NCBI GenBank assembly: GCA_951406725.2
Contig: OX597836.1
Location: 10,478,001 to 10,542,000, forward strand
From: Octopus vulgaris
Taxonomy: Eukaryota
Reading direction: 5' to 3'
DNA length: 64,000 bases
Of the stretch, positions 55,639 to 64,000 are shown piece after piece. The notes below the pieces were generated by a model. The model had not been told where the DNA came from. It saw only the letters and a program-made list of their open reading frames with translations, and made no database searches. A program made the translations under genes and the position numbers. Each line of letters opens with the position of its first letter. Position 1 is the stretch's first letter.

Positions 55639-56651
55639 TGTATATTCGCCATGTTGGTCCGCTAAACTCTACACATATACATACATATATACGATAAGCT
55701 TCCATACAATTTCCGTCTATCAGATTCACTCGCAAGTAATTGGTCGGCCCGGGACCTTAGTAGAGTTCCCTTTTACAAGGTGCCACGCAATGAGACTGAA
55801 CCGGAAACCGTTTGTTTGCAAAGCGAGCTCCTTAAACCACACAGTCATGCCAGGGCCGATCCAAGCATTTCTTCCATTTATTTTTTGTCTACGACAGTGG
55901 GGTGTAATTTGAGGGAGATTTAGCATCTATTTCGAGCAACAACCTAACGGCTTTTCACGTGATCTCTGTGAATATCCTTACACTGCTTTTTAACATTTTA
56001 GTCAGACAGTTCATGTTTCAAATCCTGCCGAGACTAATCAAATCTGATTTTCGTCATTCATCCAGAAGAACAAGTATGGTGTGCGTCAGAGAAGGGGGAG
56101 AGAGAGAGCGGGCAGCGGGCGGTGGGCAGGCGGGTGTCTGGTTGGTTGGGGGAGGGAGTGTAGTCGCTGGTGGTGGGTAGAGTAGAACGGCGGGAATGGA
56201 GGTGGTGAGTGACGAGTGTGTGGTATGAGTTCGTGCTCGTGATGGAGGTGGTGGTGGAGATAAGCATTAGAGTCTCAACTTTCCTGCCAGCCATTCTTGT
56301 GGTGCCAGACATATTAACAAGATGCAGGAGAAAGGAGCGAGTGGAAAAAGTGGGGAAACGGGGAAAGAGGAGAGGGTGCTGGAAAAGTCGATTCACCCTC
56401 AACCCGCCCTTTTACCTCCTCTTGCGTCTTGTACCAATGTAAACTTGGAAGCTGGTCAGTAAGCAGAAGTAGGCAAAGTTACATACGGACATATACACAC
56501 GTATAAATTCACTTAAGCGTATAAATTCAGATATATATGTATGTATATATATATATATATTTATATACGTTTAAATACATATATATATATACACATATAT
56601 ATAAATATATATATATAATATGCATATGCGTATAGTGCATAGTATATATAC

Positions 56652-56714
<63 letters not shown>

Positions 56715-56857
56715 TACACACACACATATATATACATATTTATGCGTGTATATATATGTATATAAACATATATATATATATATATATATGAGGCGGCGCT
56801 CCACCATAACCGCAGTCAAATGACTGAAACAAGTGAAAGGAAAAAAGAATATGTACG

Positions 56858-56900
<43 letters not shown>

Positions 56901-57030
56901 GTATGTATATATATATATATATACAGATAGATAGATAGAGTGGCATATATATATATATGTATACAATGTGCTCATGTGTGTGTAGATACAAGCACACACT
57001 CCAGCCACACACACACACACACAAGCATAC

Positions 57031-57109
<79 letters not shown>

Positions 57110-57441
57110 ACACACACTGTATGGGATTTTGTTTCAAATCAGATCTGGTTAATTACACGTGTGCGAAATCAATTAAAACCTTTTATTAGTTTTATTTTTA
57201 ACTAGTTGGGTATTAATGAAGGTCTTGACCTTGCGCAAATATTGGTTAATGCCTTTCGCAGTGATGTCATTAACCAGACGTGTAGGCACATGCGCAAACA
57301 CACACATACACACACACACATATAGATTCACCTACACGCGCGCATCCTTATATATTGGTTCACGTATATCTACGTTCCCTCCATCGGTTCGGTCTGGTGA
57401 AAGGGGGATGTACATATGGCCTTCGCAGGCTCCCCGGGTCG

Positions 57442-57580
<139 letters not shown>

Positions 57581-57691
57581 TATACATACATACATACACC
57601 ACACACACATATATATATATATATATACATATATACATATACATACATACACACTCACACACATATATACATATACACATACGTATACACA

Positions 57692-57787
<96 letters not shown>

Positions 57788-57874
57788 ATACTTACAAATG
57801 TTTGTATATATGTCTTTGTACGCACATACATACATACATACATACATACATACATACATACATACATACATACA

Positions 57875-57905
<31 letters not shown>

Positions 57906-58264
57906 TGGCAAAAATTCACTCAATCTAAGCTGAAAATATTTGCTTACGGTATTCTCATATTCCAAACTATTCAGTCGGCAAAACTTAAAAATTAGCTAGA
58001 TTTGCATGAAGGATGCGGGTGAAATATCGTCACAGGAAGCTAGGACACCAAACCATACGATAAGCTCACTAAGTCACTCAATAAACCCGGCAATTTAGAA
58101 AACAAGTCTGTGGCCATTTATTAGAATAAACAGGCCTATTTGAATGACTGAAAGATCCAGAATGGAGGGTTTTAATGTTGAATAGCTGGAGCAAATATAC
58201 ACGTTGTTTACAATGTGGGGGTGCCTCAGTGCAAGGCCTTTTTTTCCTTTGAAAACCGTCAGGC

Positions 58265-58540
58265 ACAGGAATTGCTAGATTTTTAACTGTGTTGCATGCA
58301 ATGTCTGGGCGTAGTCGAGAGATGTTTAAAATTCAATTAAAATTCCGTGATGCGCTGAAAGTATGTCTTAGTGAGGGTGATAAGATCTTTGAACATAAAT
58401 TGCATGAGATCCTCATCGTTGATACATCTGTGCAAAAGAATGTAGGTCCCCAGGAAGACCGAAAAACAGCGTCTGTGCTGCTGCTGTTCAAGAGAACAAT
58501 CGAACGATGACATTGCTTGAAATCGAGTGGAGACATCACG
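58265..58540 (+). pseudogene. Highly decayed mariner transposase N-terminal (HTH) remnant
   Basis: GIARFLT...REMF...VCLSEG..IF...TSV, then frameshifted RSPGRPKNSV..AVQENNRTMTLLEI. Resembles mariner VIRFL..EI...CLS...SV.D..RSGRP...V.EN.R.T..EI. Confidence 0.45.
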
Positions 58541-58616
58541 TATGTATGTATGTATGTGTGTATGTATGTATGTGTTTATGTATGTATGTGTTTATGTATG
58601 TATGTATGTGTGTATG

Positions 58617-58650
<34 letters not shown>

Positions 58651-59112
58651 TGTATGTATGTATGTATGTATGTAGCGAAGGTAGAGGTATTGTTTTCAGT
58701 CGTGCTTGTTTGTTTGTTTGTCCGTGCACAGGACATCTGAAGAACGGCTGGATGGATTCGGATGAAACTTTCAGGAACCACATGGTTCCGGGTTCAGTCC
58801 CACTGCGTGGCACCTTGGGCAAGTGTCTTCTACTATAGCCTCGGGCCGACCAAAGCCTTGTGGGAATGAACCCGGAACCATGTGGTTGGTAACCAAGGTT
58901 AATTTTGTTTGATTTTGAAAAATAAAATTCTATTTCATAGTTTATTATTGTTTATATTTTAAATTATAAATAGGGGACCCAAAATTTTTAAGGTGTTTAG
59001 GACCTCTATGTGTTTTAATCCGGTCCTTTGTGTTTATATATGTATTGTTCTTTGGTTTTGACTGTTACCCGTAACATACCCGTTACTAATTAATGTTTGT
59101 TTTATTTTGCAG

Positions 59113-59219
59113 ATTTCCGTATTCGGGTACTTCTTTTACGGAAGAAGAATCTGAAATCGTTTCCAATCTGGGATTTCAACTCTGAAATTTTATATCTATT
59201 GGACAGTCACTATCTCATG
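59113..59219 (+). other. Probable internal exon (107 nt) of an unidentified gene, ending in ATG
   Basis: Branch point TACTAAT (59084-59090), polypyrimidine GTTTGTTTTATTTTGCAG| acceptor and CATG|GTAAGT donor. One frame is open throughout. Confidence 0.65.
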
Positions 59220-59516
59220 GTAAGTACAGGCATGTTTTTGAATAAACTCACTGGAAAAATATATCCTATTCATTTCTATTATAGTTGTGTACCGGTCTCT
59301 TACTAACACGCAAATTATACGCTCCATTCCTCTTCGTAGTACAATTATCTCGCTTTGAAAAGTTATCTCTACTAATAAAAAGTGTCTGAATAGTACTGCT
59401 GACGCAGGTAGGACCCTATTGACTTATAAGTCTTTAATATGCTTGGTAGACTATTATGGTTGCATAACGAAATGCGGTGTCCCTACAAGCAATTAACAAT
59501 TATCTCGGTCACATTC

Positions 59517-59859
59517 TATGGTAAAGACCCTATCGGTCGTGAATGACTATGGAGTTGCACCCAAAAAGTTTCCTTCTGAGGGACAAGTCTGGGGAAGGTT
59601 CTTAAGGGGAGACCAGCAGTCAACCATGCCTGCAAGCCTCCTCTCTCCACGGCACTGATGTTATCCAAGGAAAAGGCAAAGGGGCCGATACAGCTTGGCA
59701 CCAGTGACGTCGCAACTCATTTCTACGACTGAGTTAACTGGAGGAACAGGAAATAAAGTGTTTTGCTCGAGAACACAACACACAGCCCGGTCTGAGAATC
59801 GAAACCGCGATCCTCCAACCGCGAGTCCGCTGCTCTAACCATTGGACCATTGCGCCTCC
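59517..59859 (-). mobile_element. SINE with D-type head, C-type body and a distinct tail
   Basis: Minus strand GGAGGCGCAATGGTCCAATGGTTAGAGCAGCGGACTCGCGG...GGTTTCGATTCTC...GAGCAAAACACTTTATTTC..CTCCAG..ACTCAG..AAATGAGT. Confidence 0.8.
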
Positions 59860-60366
59860 ACTTGTTTCTGCCGCTCATTGAATTACAGAAAGGAAGTCAG
59901 ATTGGAGGTTATTCAATTGCTAACTTTTTACAGCTACTGTATGTATGCATGTATGTACGTATGTATGTATGCATGAATGCATGTATACAAAGCATTATAT
60001 ATTTATATGCAAAAGCAGAAAAGAATTCTTTATACAATACTTGAGATGTTACTTAAGTTTCATGGCTAAGGAGCTCGTTGCGTTGCGTAATATATAATGA
60101 GAATGTATTTACAGATAACTAGCTGACTCTGATTGGCTCTTCAAACTTATCTTGTGTACACGCATACACACACACATATATATATTACGTTTGTGTATTT
60201 GGCTTTCAAGATTCTTGATGTGAACTTAAGAGCTGAAACATTTCGTATCTCAAGAGGGTCAGTATAGCAATAAGATGCACATGCGCACACACACACGCAT
60301 ACATAAATGCGCACACACATACATAAATACACACACACACACATAAACGCGCACACACATACACGC

Positions 60367-60406
<40 letters not shown>

Positions 60407-61250
60407 TTACATATATATACTTACATGTATACATATATACATACGTACATACATATATACATATATATGTGCAAACGTACATTCGTCTGACTGCCTCTTA
60501 TGTCCGTCTCTTGTGTTCCTGCCTTTAGGCTTTCACTTCATACACGCCAGCTCAATTTAATTCGTTCTCAGTCAAAAGATACCTGTTGATATATTCTTCT
60601 TGTTTGTATTTGTAATTGTGTACCATGTTCTCCGTTTTTTGTCTTTGTTGCCTTACACATTTGCTAGCTTTCTTACAAAAAATTTAATGCTCTTAGCTTA
60701 GACTTTTTTGAGGACAATCAGATCGGACAGTCTCAAGTATAACAGTCCGAAACAGTAAGGATATCTGGTAACTTGACTGAAGGAAGAAGGCCACGAATGA
60801 CCCATCCTTTTTTCCCCCTGTCCTTCTAATTGTTGCTTTTCCTGTCCGCCTTTGTATCGTCTATCTGTCCGAATGTTTTATTGTCCTCTATCGCGTTTTT
60901 GTACCGTTTCTTTTATATATACATTTTATATTTATATATACATTTAGCGGCGTACGTACACCCTTGTGCTCATATATATATTTAAAGGGAATAATTATAA
61001 ATTATAAATTTTCCCCTTATAAAGTTTTCACGCTGACTATTTGATATATTCTTATAAAGATTTTATCGTATTTTAAATTTTAAATATTTTAAATAAGGGG
61101 AAAATTTTAAATTATTCCTTTTAAATATATTTATTTACATTAACGGCTGCCCTTAATGTAAATATATATATACATGCATACATACATACATACATGCATG
61201 CATACATACATACATACATACATACATACATACATACATACATACATACA

Positions 61251-61281
<31 letters not shown>

Positions 61282-61446
61282 GCCTGTATATGTATGTATA
61301 ATATATTTTGTATATATGCATGCGCAGGTATATGTCTACATACAGGCATATATATTCTTTTCTACTCTAGGCACAAGGCCCGAAATATTTGGGGAGGGGC
61401 CAGTCTATTACATCGACCCAATATTTCACTGGTACTTTATTTCTTT

Positions 61447-62336
61447 CTTATTTCTTAATTGGCCACAAGGAACAAAACATAGAGGGGATAAACAAGGATA
61501 TATAAAGGGATTAAGTCGATTACATCGACCTCAGTGCGTAACTGGGTCTTAATTTGTCGACCCCGAATGGATGAAAGGCAAAGTCGACCTCGGCAGAATT
61601 TGAACTCAGAACGTAACGGCAGACGAAATAGCGCTAAGCATTTCGCCCGGCGTGCTAACGTTTCTTATTTCTTTATTGGCCACAAGGCGCTAAACGTAGT
61701 GGGGACAAACAAGGACAGACAAAGGGATTAAGTCGATTAGATCGACCCCAGTGCGTAATTGGTACTTAATTTATCGACTCCGAAAGGATGAAAGGTAAAG
61801 TCGACCGCGGCAGAATTTGAACTCAGAACGTAACGGCAGATGAAATAGCGCTAAGCATTTCGCCCCGATGGTGCTAACGTTTCTTATTTCTTTATTGCCT
61901 ACAATGGGCTAAACGTAGAGGGGACAAACAAAGACAGACAAAGGGATTAAGTCGGTTACATCGACCCCAGTGCGTAACTGGTACTTAATTTATCGACTCC
62001 GAAAGGATGAAAGGCAAAGTGGACCTCGGCGGAATTTGAACTCAGAACGTAACGGTAGACGAAATAGCGCTAAGCATTTCGTCCGGTGGTGCTAACGTTT
62101 CTTATTTCTTTATTGCTCACAAGGTGCTAAACGTAGAGGGGACAAACAAGGACAGACAAAGGGATTAAGTCGGTTACATCGACCCCAGTGCGTAACTGGT
62201 ACTTAATTTATCGACTCCGAAAGGATGAAAGGCAAAGTGGACCTCGGCGGAATTTGAACTCAGAACGTATCGGCAGACGAAATAGCGCTAAGCATTTCGT
62301 CCGGTGGTGCTAACGTTTCTGCCAGCTTGCCGCCTT
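61447..62336 (-). mobile_element. Tandem array of four SINE A units, period 217-219 bp
   Basis: Units start CTTATTTCTT at 61447, 61664, 61883 and 62101. Only the last carries the complete head (CTGCCAGCTTGCCGCC). Confidence 0.93.
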
Positions 62337-62429
62337 TTTACAGGCACAGATATTATTAAAGCCGAAATTGCAGTTCAGCAACGGTATAGGTTTACACTTT
62401 GAACTCAACTCAGGAGGAAAATCGAGAAA

Positions 62430-62785
62430 TAGGCGCAGGAGTGGCTGTGTGGTAAGTAGCTTGCTAACCAACCACATGGTTCCGGTTTCAGTCCCACTGC
62501 GTGGCACCTTGGGCAAGTGTCTTCTGCTATAGCTCAGGGCCGACCAATGCCTTGTGAGTGGATTTGGTAGACGGAAACTGAAAGAAGCCTGTCGTATATA
62601 TGTATATATATATGTGTGTGTGTGTGTGTGTTTGTGTTTGTCCCCCTAGCATTGCTTGACAACCGATGCTGGTGTGCTTATGTCCCCGTTACCTGGCGGT
62701 TCGGCAAAAGAGACCGATAGAATAAGTACTAAAGGCGGTGCCCCAGCATGGCCGCAGTCAAAATGACTGAAACAAGTAAAAGAGA
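62430..62785 (+). mobile_element. SINE family B with internal deletion
   Basis: GGCGCAGGAGTGGCTGTGTGG head; AATAAGTACT joined directly to AAAGGCGGTGC. Confidence 0.9.
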
Positions 62786-63285
62786 GAAAGAGAAAGAGAA
62801 ACCGACTACAAGAGCGACAACGAACGCAAGCACCACCACCACCACCACCACCACCACCAGCACTACCAAAACTACCAGCACCACCACGCCTTACTCCTCC
62901 ACCTCCCACTCTTGCTACTACCTCGTCGCTTGTGCTACTGTGCGCCCTTTTCTTTGTGTGCCACCTACCCCCCGTCTCCATCCATTTGAACTGGCTTTTC
63001 TTTTTTTTCATTTTATTTTATTTTATTATATTTTATTTTATTGAAAAGGCCAGAAAGAGAGAGAGAGAGAGAGAGAGGAAAGAGAGAAGGATGGGGGGTG
63101 GGGTGGGGGGTGAGCGAAATGGTAATGAACTGAAGCGGGTTCTCTTTATCAACAGTTGGTGACATGGTTGTGCCAAGTGTTGACACAACAAAATCGCTGT
63201 TATCTTGGTGAAGAAATCAACCATTCGCTGACTTCTGAAGCTGAAACTGAAGTTGAAGGCCTTTTTTTGGAGATATATTTGCCAT

Positions 63286-63870
<585 letters not shown>

Positions 63871-64000
63871 CACCACCACTGGCAACGTCGCCTCCACCGT
63901 CGCGCCGTTTCATCATCATCCGTCGAGTAAAAAAGTCTAGAATGACCTCTCCAACAACATTGATTTTTTTTTTTTCAACCTCGCTAGCAGTTTTTTTTTT

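Noticed and set aside
61447-62336. Regular repeats resembling a CRISPR array
   Set aside because: Whole 218 bp units repeat with no unique spacers; they are SINE copies and no cas genes are present.

Overview
Eukaryotic, AT-rich, extremely microsatellite- and SINE-dense intronic/intergenic DNA. The repeat families suggest an octopus (coleoid cephalopod) genome; this is recognition from memory, not a database result. No complete protein-coding gene, true tRNA/rRNA gene or CRISPR array is visible, and almost all tracked ORFs are translations of simple repeats or SINEs. The window holds: (i) dozens of tRNA-derived SINEs in several modular families, including one carrying an internal microsatellite and one forming head-to-tail multimers; (ii) decayed Tc1/mariner transposases, MITEs, Helitron/Helentron-type elements and RTE LINE 3' ends; (iii) short Penelope-like remnants next to (TA)n that carry minimal hammerhead-ribozyme-like motifs, some with non-canonical cores, several sitting in fold-back inverted duplications; (iv) a few well-formed + strand splice signals (best: exon 59113-59219; donor after 12476), suggesting the 5' region and large introns of an unidentified gene. 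The most unusual signal is the dispersed hammerhead/fold-back set.
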